Assembly (NCBI GenBank): GCA_000004985.1
Contig: GG738845.1
Length of the DNA stretch: 64,000 nucleotides
Source of the DNA: Naegleria gruberi
Lineage: Eukaryota
Reading direction: 5' to 3' (one strand)
Translations under genes and position numbers: made by a program
Part shown: in pieces, positions 40,171 to 51,200 of the stretch
How positions within the stretch are numbered: position 1 is the first letter of the stretch
How the letters are laid out: each line of letters starts with the position of its first letter
Notes under the pieces: generated by a model
Told to the model about the DNA's origin: nothing
The model's input: the letters and a program-made list of their open reading frames with translations, nothing else
Database searches by the model: none

Positions 40171-41151
40171 TTAAACCTTATTTTCAGGACTTTGTTGAGG
40201 TGTTGATTCAACCTTTGGAGCAGTTTCTCTACCCTTTACAATAGTATAAGCCATACTACCAAAGATGGAAATGAAAGTACCCACAACACTGACAGAATCC
40301 AATTTGTCACCAAAGACAACAGCACCAAGCAAGCTTTGAACACAAGCCTTACAAGTACCAGAGATGGTGTGAGTGAGAGAGGAAGTGACATTAATTTGGA
40401 GGAAAGTGGCAACATTGATCAAATAGCCCAAAACGCTACTAACAATCAAAATGAAAATGAAACGAGTATCAGTAATATGTGGACTAGATAAGGCTTCACT
40501 TAAATCACCAGTAACCAAACAAATAATGAACAACAAGACGGAACTGATAATATTGTTGTAGAGCATCAAAACCCATTGGTTACTAACCAATTGCATCTTT
40601 GACTTGACAAAGATACCATAGAGAGCGACAAAGGCACTAGATAACAATCCATAAATAACACCCAACCAAGTGAAATCCATACCATCCAAACCAGCCTTTC
40701 CTAAAACTCCAATAATATAACCAATTAATACAACTCCACAACAATACAAGATATTTAAACTTGTTGTTTGCTTGTGTAAAACATAGATGAACAAGGCAGT
40801 AAAACAAATAGAGAGGGATCTAGCAATTTGATATAATAAAACATCGGCAACTTGCAAACACAAATTATTAAAAACAAGCATACCAATGAAGAGAATAGAA
40901 AGTGGAGCAATTTGTTTGGCACGATCCATATTAAATTCTGGTGCCGGAATGAAATTTGGAAGAATTGGATGAGAGGCTGCTTGTAAAATGATCGCAAACA
41001 CTAATTGTACCAAAGTCATTGTCATGGCTGGGAATGTATATTCCTTAGAACTTAAAATATACTTGTTTGCGAATACTGTTGATAACGAAATAACAAAGTA
41101 GAAGGCCACTGCGCTGGCGATAATAGATGTTGAATAATGTTTTTCAGTCAT
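40171..41151 (-). CDS. Nucleotide-sugar transporter (SLC35 / TPT-DMT family, GDP-fucose-transporter-like), 10 TM
   Basis: VFANKYILSSKEYTFP (the NKYIL motif of the SLC35C/E family) and multiple TM helices throughout. The ATG is at 41149-41151 in an aaaaaaaATG context. Confidence 0.7.
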   Translation of the reverse strand: MTEKHYSTSIIASAVAFYFVISLSTVFANKYILSSKEYTFPAMTMTLVQLVFAIILQAASHPILPNFIPAPEFNMDRAKQIAPLSILFIGMLVFNNLCLQVADVLLYQIARSLSICFTALFIYVLHKQTTSLNILYCCGVVLIGYIIGVLGKAGLDGMDFTWLGVIYGLLSSAFVALYGIFVKSKMQLVSNQWVLMLYNNIISSVLLFIICLVTGDLSEALSSPHITDTRFIFILIVSSVLGYLINVATFLQINVTSSLTHTISGTCKACVQSLLGAVVFGDKLDSVSVVGTFISIFGSMAYTIVKGRETAPKVESTPQQSPENKV

Positions 41152-41394
41152 TTTTTTCTTATCAAATTTTATTTTCCAAACTACTTTCGCGCCTTTTTTT
41201 CTTTCTTTAAGAATTAAGTTTTATTTCCAATGAGGAATTGGAAGATTTCATAGGAACAACATAATATTATTCCAGCTTGTTTTGTTTCATAATTGAAATG
41301 AGAATTCATAAATATTTACAACAACAGTAAATAAAATCAAATTGAAATCTTCTAATTGTAAAGTACCAAGTTCTTTTAAATTTATATTAAAAAA
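41152..41394. promoter_or_regulatory. Divergent intergenic region between the transporter (minus) and the actin-like gene (plus)
   Basis: A 243-bp AT-rich spacer between head-to-head ATGs. Confidence 0.25.
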
Positions 41395-42525
41395 ATGGCA
41401 TCAGACACTGAAGTTGATTGTGTTGTGATTGATTGTGGATCAGCTTTTTGTAGAGCTGGTTTTGCAAGTGGAGATTCTCCTAGAGCTGTTTTTCCTCCGA
41501 TTGTTGGTCGACCGAAACATCAGTCTCTTATTATTGGAATGAGCCAGAAGGATGCCTACATTGGTGATGAAGCATCAACTAGGAGGAGAGGAATTTTGAT
41601 TTGGAAATGTCCAATCGAGAAGAGGATTGTTACAGGATCATGGGATGATATGGAAAAGATTTTATATCATACATTTTATAATGAGTTGAGGGTAGATCCT
41701 CAGGAACATCCAACTCTAATGTCTGAAAGTCCATTCAATCCAAAATCAAATAAGGAAAAGATGACTCAGATTATGTTTGAAACATTTGAAGTGCCTGCTT
41801 TTTATATGGCAAATCAGGGAGTGTTGGGATTAATTGATTCTGGAAAGAGTAGTGGAATAGTATTGGATTGTGGAGAGGGTGTATGTCAATCAGTTCCAAT
41901 TTATGAAGGAATGGCACTGCCACATGCCACTATGGAATTGGATTTTGCTGGAAGAGATGTGTCTGCATGGTTAATGAGTTTTTTGATGGATAAAGGATAT
42001 TCTTTGTATAATACAACAGCAGAAAAGGAAATAGTAAGGGATATAAAAGAGAAATTGGGAAGAGTTGTTTTAAATTTCTCAGAAGAAGTAAATTCACCAA
42101 CCACGAAAGAGGAAGAATATGAAATGCCTGATGGCAACATTTTCAAAATTGGAAAGGAAAGTTTTAAAATTACAGAACCATTTTTTACTCCAACTTTATT
42201 GAATATGGAATCGTATAGTTTACAAGAAATGATTTTTCAATCCATTTCCAAATGTGATTTGGATCTGAAAAAGGAAATGTACAATAACATTGTTCTTGCA
42301 GGTGGAAGTACATTATTTAAAGGATTTCATGAGAGATTAAGTAAGGAATTGAATGAAATTATTCCAACAATGGTTCATTCGAATATTTCTGCTCCACCTC
42401 ACCGAAAATATTCAACATTTATTGGTGGAACAATTTTGGGAAGGTTGTTATCGTCTCAAATAGTTGGTCCAACCTCTGAAAGAATTGATTCACAAAACAG
42501 TTCTTCTTCTTGGTCTCTCAAGTGA
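41395..42525 (+). CDS. Divergent actin / actin-related protein (roughly 50% identity to conventional actin, altered C-terminus)
   Basis: VVIDCGSAFCRAGFASGDSPRAVFPPIVGRPKHQ, KMTQIMFETFEVPAFYMANQGVLGL, GIVLDCGEGVCQSVPIYEGMALPHA, EKEIVRDIKEKLG, YEMPDGNIFKIG, LAGGSTLFKGFHERLSKEL and ISAPPHRKYSTFIGG are collinear with actin. The last about 20 actin residues are replaced by ...SSQIVGPTSERIDSQNSSSSWSLK. Confidence 0.75.
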   Translation: MASDTEVDCVVIDCGSAFCRAGFASGDSPRAVFPPIVGRPKHQSLIIGMSQKDAYIGDEASTRRRGILIWKCPIEKRIVTGSWDDMEKILYHTFYNELRVDPQEHPTLMSESPFNPKSNKEKMTQIMFETFEVPAFYMANQGVLGLIDSGKSSGIVLDCGEGVCQSVPIYEGMALPHATMELDFAGRDVSAWLMSFLMDKGYSLYNTTAEKEIVRDIKEKLGRVVLNFSEEVNSPTTKEEEYEMPDGNIFKIGKESFKITEPFFTPTLLNMESYSLQEMIFQSISKCDLDLKKEMYNNIVLAGGSTLFKGFHERLSKELNEIIPTMVHSNISAPPHRKYSTFIGGTILGRLLSSQIVGPTSERIDSQNSSSSWSLK

Positions 42526-42699
42526 ATACAAAGAATATGGATCCTCACTAATTCATAGAAAGTGCTTTTAATCATCAAAATTGAAAATGTTATTCTCTTC
42601 TTTTTTAAATGTAACTGTTGTTTTTATTCTTCTTGATTCTTGATGTACGTGATATCAGTGGAAAATTTATAATAAGCCACAAACAAAACTACAAAAAAA

Positions 42700-43989
42700 A
42701 TGAGCACAATGCAGACAATTCATCAACAATCAACGATATCATTGGATGCTCACTATCGACAACAACAACAACCTGAGATGATAATAATAGATGACATAGA
42801 GGAGGAACAACAAACCGATAATACTAGTATGGTGACCGATATTGTTGTTAACGGTAATGAAAATATTGATGTGAGTAGAGCGGTGAAAAGTAATGGCAAA
42901 ATTGAAAAGAGGAAACGGATGCTGGAAAGGAGAAGGAACAAGATACATCAAATTAAAAGGAAATGGAAGGAAGTGAATAATATGCGAGCTTGTGTAGAAG
43001 AGGAAGTTGAAGAAAATAATGCAACAACTAACTGTGGTAATGCAATTTCCAAAGATGACTTGAAGAATGTGCTGTCATCTTTACTCGAAGGAACAGTCCT
43101 ACAAGCTATGAAGACAATGCAAGAGGAAATATCTTCTCTCAAGGAGCAACAGGAAACACTCCTCTCTATAATAGCCAAATCCGAAACTTCAAATAATACC
43201 ACTAGTGTTATTACCACTCCACAATCATCTACTTCCACTACTCCTACTCCTCCTCATCATTTCTCTAAGCAACAACCTTCACAAGTACCACCACCACCAT
43301 CATCACACCTCTTACATCAACCTAAGCATCACGGTTCTGTAGATAAAGATTGCTGGGTTATTTGGAATAATGCAATTTATGACAAGTTACATCTTTTGAG
43401 AAGAATGAAAACAATTAAATATCATGAATGGGAAGATTTCGTGGCAAGAGATGCTCTCATTTGGAGGCGACACTTTGAATTGAAAGATCAATATAAAACC
43501 TCTGACAAGAAACAACATTACACACAATATGTGGACTATATTAGTCCAGTAATGCATGCTAAGGAATTTCTTGGAAAAACCCTCCAAAAAATCAGAGAAG
43601 GATCATTCAAGAACAAGGAAGTATCTCAAGATATGCTTAACAAAATGCTCGATAGTGTTTCAAAGGAGGCCAACATTGGCCCATACCAACAAGACATGCT
43701 CAAGAAGAAGGAAATTACACCCAAGTCCAAGATTAACTCACCTTTCTGGTGGTTGAATCTCGATATTTATAGACAGCTTTCAATTTTGGTGGAAATGAAA
43801 ATTGTTTCCAAAGTTGATTGGAATAATTACATGAAAAAGGTAATGCAACTGAGTGACTCGATTTTGGTTGAAACTGACCGAGCCCAGAAAATCATTACCT
43901 TTGGCGAGGATTTAATGAAATCTATCAAAGAAAAGACCTCTACTGACAAGTGGTTCCAATTTTTACAAAAGAAGAGATTGGAAGAGTAA
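42700..43989 (+). CDS. Hypothetical protein (429 aa) with Q-rich N-terminus, basic/coiled-coil middle, and a conserved-looking C-terminal helical domain
   Basis: The ATG is in an aaaaaaaATG context. No family recognised. The C-terminal block is DCWVIWNNAIYDKLHLLRRMKTIKYHEWEDFVARDALIWRRHFELKDQYK... Confidence 0.4.
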   Translation: MSTMQTIHQQSTISLDAHYRQQQQPEMIIIDDIEEEQQTDNTSMVTDIVVNGNENIDVSRAVKSNGKIEKRKRMLERRRNKIHQIKRKWKEVNNMRACVEEEVEENNATTNCGNAISKDDLKNVLSSLLEGTVLQAMKTMQEEISSLKEQQETLLSIIAKSETSNNTTSVITTPQSSTSTTPTPPHHFSKQQPSQVPPPPSSHLLHQPKHHGSVDKDCWVIWNNAIYDKLHLLRRMKTIKYHEWEDFVARDALIWRRHFELKDQYKTSDKKQHYTQYVDYISPVMHAKEFLGKTLQKIREGSFKNKEVSQDMLNKMLDSVSKEANIGPYQQDMLKKKEITPKSKINSPFWWLNLDIYRQLSILVEMKIVSKVDWNNYMKKVMQLSDSILVETDRAQKIITFGEDLMKSIKEKTSTDKWFQFLQKKRLEE

Positions 43990-44187
43990 GTTACATACTA
44001 CACAATCCAATTTTGCGAGTAAAGGACTGTGTTTAAAATAATTGTTTTCTTCTTTTTTTCTGTTTTCTTCATTCACCCAGGTGTTATTAATTACCAAAGC
44101 CATGCTAAGAATAAATAAAATGTGAAACGGTTTTTCAAAAACACAACCGTTACATTTCAAATTTAAAAAAAAAGCAACAACAACAAT

Positions 44188-46722
44188 ATGGCACCCAATA
44201 TCACCTCCAAAGCCAACAATGTGGTCTTTATCGACGCAACACCATCCACACCAACTAAAAAGACCACCAAACAACGTTCTACCACACCCATCAAGTCTCC
44301 CACCAAAAACACAATCATGAATTTCTTCTCCACCAAGAAACAAACACCCTCATTGTCAATTACAACACAATCTACAAACAACAGCTGTTGTCTTACAGTG
44401 GCATCACACACTGCTACAACCACCACTCCTCTTCCTCCTACTACAAATGCTAGCACCACCACAAGAAATAATGATGCCCTTTCGATAACCTCCGAGGAGG
44501 ATGATGTTATCATGATTGAATCATCACAAGAAAGTTTAATTATTACTAATAGATTACCTCAAGTTGTGGTTATGGAAATGATTAATGATAGTCATATTGT
44601 TAATAATAATAATAATACTAATAATAACATGATAACATCCATGATGACTGGTGTTAATACCACTCCAAAGAATGACAAGAAGAGAAAGTATGAATTATCA
44701 CCATCTACCGATGAAGAAAAGAAGGAAAATATTGATCCTAAACAAATGAATGCAATTCCATCTTCACCAATTGTTTCACCAAAGAAGAAGAAACTAAAAG
44801 AAACTATTGTTACTGCTTCTGATAGTATTGCTAATACTACTGCTGCTACTACTGCTACAACTCCTTCCTCAACAACAATTAGTGATAAAACACCAACAAG
44901 TGTCGAAGAATGTGAAGAACTAATTCAACAACTTGTTAATGAAGTGAAAAATCTCAAACCATCATTAGATGACTCTTCAAAGTTGAGAAAGGATGAAAAG
45001 ATTAAAAAGTACTTGAAGAAATTATTTGAATTTTGTCAATCCAATAAGGAATTCCAAGCCAATAAGAATACCTATCCATTCAAACCTGCATTTATTAATT
45101 TATTGATTGCTTACTGTCAAGGTGTTGCCTCTCTAGATGTTGATGAGTTGATTCAGGATGTGAGAAAGTCATGGATTAAGATTGCCCAAAAGAAGCAACT
45201 CGTTACTGGAACAATTGATGAAAATACCATTGACAATTTACTGCCAACAATTGATGCCATGAAGAATGCCATCAATTTGCACTTGGAGAGAAAGGTTTAT
45301 GGTGTTAAGGATTTGTGTGAAATTAGTGTTTGGGAAGCAAGAAAACTTTCCTCTCTCACCACCAAGGTTGGTTCCACAGCTAGAGATTGTGCCACCCTGG
45401 CTAAGCAAATGAGAAGTAACTTTAAAAAGATTGCTGAAACTAAAGGAAAGGAAATTAACAAGTTACAAAAGCTCAAAGTCAAATTGGAGAAGCAAGCTGC
45501 TAAGGAAACTAAGAAGGAAGCAAAGAAGGAGGCAAAGAAGGAAGTTGCCTCGAATGCTGCCACTCTCACCTCTCCAAAGAAGAATAAGCAAACTCAAGTC
45601 AAGTGTAAGAGTATCACACTTTTCACACAAAAATGTAACATTCTTAAAGAGGATAAGGTTGTTTCTGCTCCTGTTTGTAGAGTTCAAAGTGGAAAGACCA
45701 TTGAAGAAATTGATTTGGCAATTGCTGCTCAAAACTATCCAGTCTCTCTCAAGGAAACAATTGCCTCCATGAAGAAGAATCCACTCAAAAAGCCAAAAGT
45801 TGCCTTCAAATTCATTTCACTCTTTGGTAAGGTTCATACTTTCCATAAGGACGAAGAAGAGTGCCAATCCACTGTTGTTAACGGAAGAAAACCACTTGCT
45901 AAGGATCCAAACATGACCTATCCAGAAGAGGATGAGGAAGAGATGGAAGAATTGGTTTTGGGTGAAGCTGATCTTGCTGTTGAAGGTGAATGCCTCGATT
46001 CTGAAGATGATGATGGTGAAGAACTTGAATTTGATTCAGAAGACGATGTAAATATGGAGGAAGATAATATTTGTGCTGATGACATTATTGAATATGAGGA
46101 TGGTAAGATTGAACATGTTGAAACAAGTGAAATCTCCAAGGATCAACAAAAGAAGAAGAAGAGACAACAATTATCTGATTTGGATCCAATCTTTGAATGT
46201 TCAAATCAATTACAAGAAGTTACTTTCACTGTTGATGAAGATTTCATCTTTGACATTTCTGAATTGAATTGCAATCAAGTGTTTTGGTGGCAAAATCAAT
46301 CAGCTCCAAAGAAGAATGTCACTGCCACTGAAACTGAAGCTAAGAATGCAACCAGTTCAACTGATGCCACCAATTCAGACAAGATGGATACTACTTCTGA
46401 TGGAACAACCACAACAGAAACAGGTGAAAAGAAAAGCAAGCCTAAAAAGCAACAAGGTGCTTCTGTTCCAGGAGAAATCAAGTTTGTCAATCAAACAGAC
46501 TCTTTCACCTCTCCTTCCAAGTCTGATGTTTGGGAATCTGGTCAAATGGAACATTTGAAGATCATTCTCACTACATGTGCAACTAAACCAGAAATTGTCG
46601 CTGCCATGCTTCAAAAATTCCCATCTCTCTCAAAGAACAGAGTCAATAAGAAGATTAAGGACATTGTTGTCAAGGAAAAGAGAGATGGCGATAGTAAGAC
46701 CAAATTTTATTTGAAGGAATAA
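44188..46722 (+). CDS. Possible CAF-1 large subunit (CHAF1A/Cac1)-like protein, based on its architecture: basic N-terminus, K/E/R-rich coiled coil, acidic ED block, C-terminal helical domain. 844 aa
   Basis: The N-terminus is basic and T/S/P-rich with a MNFFS motif (PIP-box-like but lacking the canonical Gln). The KER-like region reads KLQKLKVKLEKQAAKETKKEAKKEAKKE. The ED-like acidic block is EEDEEEMEELVLGEADLAVEGECLDSEDDDGEELEFDSEDD. The C-terminal domain reads ...EHLKIILTTCATKPEIVAAMLQKFPSLSKNRVNKKIKDIVVKEKRDGD. The call rests on architecture only. Confidence 0.3.
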   Translation: MAPNITSKANNVVFIDATPSTPTKKTTKQRSTTPIKSPTKNTIMNFFSTKKQTPSLSITTQSTNNSCCLTVASHTATTTTPLPPTTNASTTTRNNDALSITSEEDDVIMIESSQESLIITNRLPQVVVMEMINDSHIVNNNNNTNNNMITSMMTGVNTTPKNDKKRKYELSPSTDEEKKENIDPKQMNAIPSSPIVSPKKKKLKETIVTASDSIANTTAATTATTPSSTTISDKTPTSVEECEELIQQLVNEVKNLKPSLDDSSKLRKDEKIKKYLKKLFEFCQSNKEFQANKNTYPFKPAFINLLIAYCQGVASLDVDELIQDVRKSWIKIAQKKQLVTGTIDENTIDNLLPTIDAMKNAINLHLERKVYGVKDLCEISVWEARKLSSLTTKVGSTARDCATLAKQMRSNFKKIAETKGKEINKLQKLKVKLEKQAAKETKKEAKKEAKKEVASNAATLTSPKKNKQTQVKCKSITLFTQKCNILKEDKVVSAPVCRVQSGKTIEEIDLAIAAQNYPVSLKETIASMKKNPLKKPKVAFKFISLFGKVHTFHKDEEECQSTVVNGRKPLAKDPNMTYPEEDEEEMEELVLGEADLAVEGECLDSEDDDGEELEFDSEDDVNMEEDNICADDIIEYEDGKIEHVETSEISKDQQKKKKRQQLSDLDPIFECSNQLQEVTFTVDEDFIFDISELNCNQVFWWQNQSAPKKNVTATETEAKNATSSTDATNSDKMDTTSDGTTTTETGEKKSKPKKQQGASVPGEIKFVNQTDSFTSPSKSDVWESGQMEHLKIILTTCATKPEIVAAMLQKFPSLSKNRVNKKIKDIVVKEKRDGDSKTKFYLKE

Positions 46723-46857
46723 TTCAATCAGCTGAATATTTTTTCTCTCTTCAACATTGAAGAAGTGTTTGAAAGAAAAAACTCTAGTTATATGTAGCAT
46801 TAATAAAAAAAATTCAATAAATGGAATGGGCCTTTTGTGATAGTTAAAATCAACTAA

Positions 46858-48075
46858 TTAATTTTGGTTTGGTATTTGTGTATTGCCTGTATCAACAACA
46901 CCTAGACTCATAACCTGGAAGTAAACTGAAGGATGAATGAGAGATCGTCTTGGTGATTTCAAAAGGTGAGCCTCAAAGAATGTTCCCTCTTCTTTTGGTG
47001 GTTGCTTTTCAAGTTTCTTTGAGAGTAATCTTACATGTGAAAAATATTTACAGGTTTCACCTAGAACTGTTCTATCATCTAGTTCATGTAGAGTATAATT
47101 AGTGTACAAGAAGGCAATTTGATATTTTCTGGCAATTTTCTTCATTAGTCGAATTATTTCGTCCAAACTTAAATCCTCCTTTTCTGATATCTTGCTATTG
47201 ACCTTTGACTGTACAAGAGAGGTCAAAATAACAGCCAAACTATCAATTACTACCAATCGAAGAGAGTTGTAGAAATTATCTTGTTCACTTTCTATGAGTT
47301 TAACCAATTCTATTAACAGAGTCTTCAATTCTTCCGGTGTTGAAACATCCAACACTCTGATTTTTGTAAATGTCTCTACGAGTGAGCAAATTTCATCAGC
47401 TTCCACTTGTGACTGTTGTGTAGCTTGAGATTGTCTAATTTGTTCATTATATAGATTGCTCTTTGATTCATACATCATGGCAAATTCTCTTGCATTGAAA
47501 GATGAATTTGTTGAAATCCACAAAACTGTATCTGAATTCTTTTCAATAATGGTATTGAGTGACACAGTTTTACAGAGACAAGTTTTTCCACTTGATTGAA
47601 ATCCAACAATTTCTGTCAATTCTCCACATTGAATTCCTCCATCCAACAAGCTATCCAATTGACCACTTCCTGTATTCAGTCCAGAAACTCTAATTTTACC
47701 ATCATTGAGTGCCATTTGTTCTACACTGACACTCTTTGGAGCATATCTTCCCAACAAGTATTCTTGTAAAATATAAACTTGTTTTTTTACAATATTCATA
47801 TTAAAATTAAAATTTGATGGAAGCGATTTGATAGAATATTTTCCATTATTATCAGTCTCCTCTTCCTGCACAGATACAACCCTTTCATCCTGATTTTGTA
47901 GAGCAACAACACTCTCATTATTCTGCAATTCCGAATTGTACCACCTCTGCATTCTGTTCGTCAAATTTCCGGCTGAATTGAAAACAACATCTTCCACACT
48001 CTCAATCCCACTCCCACACATCAAAATGTACAGTGATCGAGGAATGTTATTCTTATGTTCGGATAGTAGAGGCAT
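46858..48075 (-). CDS. RAD51 paralog (RecA-like ATPase; RAD51B/C/D/XRCC3 class)
   Basis: RVSGLNTGSGQLDSLLDGGIQCGELTEIVGFQSSGKTCLC resembles the RAD51-family ISTGSxxLDxLLGGGIExGxITELxGExxxGKTQLC Walker A region. A Walker B-like LRLVVIDSLAVIL segment is present. 405 aa. The ATG is at 48073-48075. Confidence 0.55.
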   Translation of the reverse strand: MPLLSEHKNNIPRSLYILMCGSGIESVEDVVFNSAGNLTNRMQRWYNSELQNNESVVALQNQDERVVSVQEEETDNNGKYSIKSLPSNFNFNMNIVKKQVYILQEYLLGRYAPKSVSVEQMALNDGKIRVSGLNTGSGQLDSLLDGGIQCGELTEIVGFQSSGKTCLCKTVSLNTIIEKNSDTVLWISTNSSFNAREFAMMYESKSNLYNEQIRQSQATQQSQVEADEICSLVETFTKIRVLDVSTPEELKTLLIELVKLIESEQDNFYNSLRLVVIDSLAVILTSLVQSKVNSKISEKEDLSLDEIIRLMKKIARKYQIAFLYTNYTLHELDDRTVLGETCKYFSHVRLLSKKLEKQPPKEEGTFFEAHLLKSPRRSLIHPSVYFQVMSLGVVDTGNTQIPNQN

Positions 48076-48268
48076 TTTTTTTATTATTATTTGAATATTT
48101 TAATATTTAAAATTCTCCCAATCAGTGGATATATAAGACTAATATTTGGGCGGGAAATAATTATTAGTGGGCCACGGAATTACAGTCAAGAACAAATGGT
48201 GAAGATTTACTAGAATTCTCAAATGAAAGATTTTAATCTCATTATTTCTTCTTACTGCTTGTTGTTAG

Positions 48269-51200
48269 TTAGTTGTGAATAATTTTGAATTTGTAATTGA
48301 TGCTCGATTCATCATGGTTCACCTTTTCACAATAGCACAAGAATTTCAAGTGGTGACCCAGTACTAATTCCCTTGCTTGTTTGAAAGTTTCTGAGCCAGT
48401 GACTGGAAGTTTCTTATTTGTTGTTGCTCCTTTCTTGTAGGCAAATATTTGCTGAATAGCTCTTGTATCCAGAGTCAATGTTACATGCTTTCCAACCTTT
48501 ACTTGGAATAGGAGGTCATGATCTGGTTTGGTAAATTTATGATTGCAATGGCCACATATTTGATCTGTATCCACAAACCAGGTTGAATCTGAAGTAAGTT
48601 GTTTTTGACAATGTGGACAAACAGGAACTGTTGGACGATCTCCAATTTCTAAAATGTCTGAAATATATCCTTCCACATTTCCAACACTTTTCTCAAAGCA
48701 AGTAAACTCATAATTAATAGAATTGAGAATGGATTGTGATTGAATCTTTCTTCCATTTTTCTTTAAAAATCCTTCTTCTACTCTCAATCTGACGCTGTAT
48801 GGGAATTTCACATCACTTGCTTGTTCCAATCCACTACTAGTGGAAGGATAAATCATTGAAAATTTGTCTGCTATTAATTGAGTAGACTCGTGCATATCCT
48901 CAGTTCTTTTTACCAATATATTGTGAATAGTTACATTTGTTCTATTGCTACTAAAACCATATGCGACAGCCAATAGCATGGATGTTTCTAACAATAGACT
49001 ATCCAATCGTAAAATGATATTAGAATGTTTCTGTAATACATAAACGGAAAACTTAGTGGTATTATCATGATTATTTTCGGCTATATAAATAATCTTTCCC
49101 TCAATGTCACATCTGTGTACTCTCGAGCTATTTTCATCATTCACTACGTCTTCAACACCTCCATGAGATTGTTGAGTATCTCCAGAAATTGGTTGATCGA
49201 AATTATAATACAAGCTATGTTTGTAGGAAGAATGAGGAGCAATATTTTCAGGAATTGGATCTACACCAATGACGGAGCCCATACTGAAATTATCTTCTGG
49301 AGGAATAAATTTACAAGAGGTGTGTTGTTTGTTTGTGGTAAAGAAATATACAGGAATGAGAGGATTGGTAAATTCGCTTGAATTAGAATAATTACTCAAT
49401 TGGGAATCAGTTGTAAGATTATGTTCAGTGTGATACATTGGTGAAACAATGGAATATAATTCATCATTTGGTCCAATATAAATTCTATCCTTAAATGAAC
49501 AAACATCAAATTGGAAAATTTTGCCTTGAGAAATGTTAGGGTCAAATATTGATTTCCAATAATCATATTCATGACTACCTGAAGGGAGTAAAATTACACA
49601 AAGACTTCTTGATTTGGAACATTGAATGAGAACACTGTTGGACATGTTTGATTCATTTGCAAGTTGAGGAATTCTATTGTAAATCTCATTAAAAGAGCTT
49701 TCCAATGTTTGTCTAATATAATCATAACTCCAAACACGTTGTATTACTCCCTGAATGTTAACATAATAAGATGGGAAGAAGGCTGAATGAAGTTGTTTGT
49801 AAATGATTTCAAACTTCTTTGTGAAAGGACCATTTGAAATTCTGGAAATTAAATGATAATTTCTTTCATAATCCTGTTCACTTTGGGATGAAAAGTCAAT
49901 TCTTCTTCTTGGAGTGTTGATAATATTCTTATGTCTGACATGGGTTGGAGTTGATCTAATACCTTGGGAAGTTCTTGGAGGAGTTGAAGGTGTTGCATTA
50001 TCATCACCTGTCAAGTCCATATTATCCTCATTGGAATCTTTAGAAAGCATTGGGAATGTAAATTTTGACTCTAGTTGTTCAATATCTTGTTTCAACTCGT
50101 TAACATCTGAAGATTGAGAATTACATTTCATTTCAAAAACGTAGGATATTACAGGTCTTGGTCTGAAAATCCAATCACTATTTGAATCATGGGGATCGCT
50201 AGATGGTGTAATGTGGAATAAATTTGTTGCAATTTCAATAATACTTCCAGGTTCTAAATTCCACTTGTCTCTCATTTCTCTTAAGAGGAATACATCAAAG
50301 AAATCATTTTCTTCCAAATTTTTTTGAAGTATTTCATTATCGTGAGGTTGGGTAGGTCTTTTTAACATTTTACAAATACATAGAGACAGATTCGGATAAA
50401 TTTGTGGTGAAGAACTGAAAACTAGAATTTTCAAAACCATACTGTCTTTTGGGGAGTTAGGTTGTGATAAAGTCATACCAGAACCAATATTGGCAAATAC
50501 TTTTTCATTCAAGCATCCATTAACTGCTCTAATAAGTTTAGAAACAAATCTACCTGATGATTTTACAGTTAGAATCTTCTTTAAATGTTCCCATTGTGAA
50601 AAGAATTGATCAGTACTATTTCCTGATGATGACTGTTGAGAAAGAGAAACTGTACGTTCAGCCACTGGTGGTGCCTTTGATTTTCTGAGTTTATCTAACC
50701 AACTTTCTCCAACAACATTATTATCATTTACAGTGTTATTTTCAGTCATGACATCATCTTCAATATCCTCGTCAGCTACTACTTTGGATTTTCTGTTGGA
50801 GAAGAGTAAATTTTCAACCTCACTTTCTCTTGGATTTCCAACTTTTTTCTTAATTCCCTTTAGTCTAGTTTCCAAATCAAATCCATCTTCTCCTGATATA
50901 ACGATATTATTATTCTTTGGTGGGGATATTTGTTTAGGTTGTTGTGGTGGAGGAGCACTTTTTTGAATTTGTTGAGGGGTTGAATAATTAATGGCAGAAA
51001 CCATTTGACTGAATTGTTTGTCTCTATTATTCATTGTTGTAGTATCTTCCTCTTCACTATCAGTAACAATTAAATCATCAATATCAATTGTTGGTTTTGA
51101 AGATGTCCTATTATTCATCACTTGTTTTTGTTGTGTTAAATAAGTTGAAATGAGTGCAGAATTATTAAGTGTAGCTTGAGGTGCACTTGCAAATAGTGCT

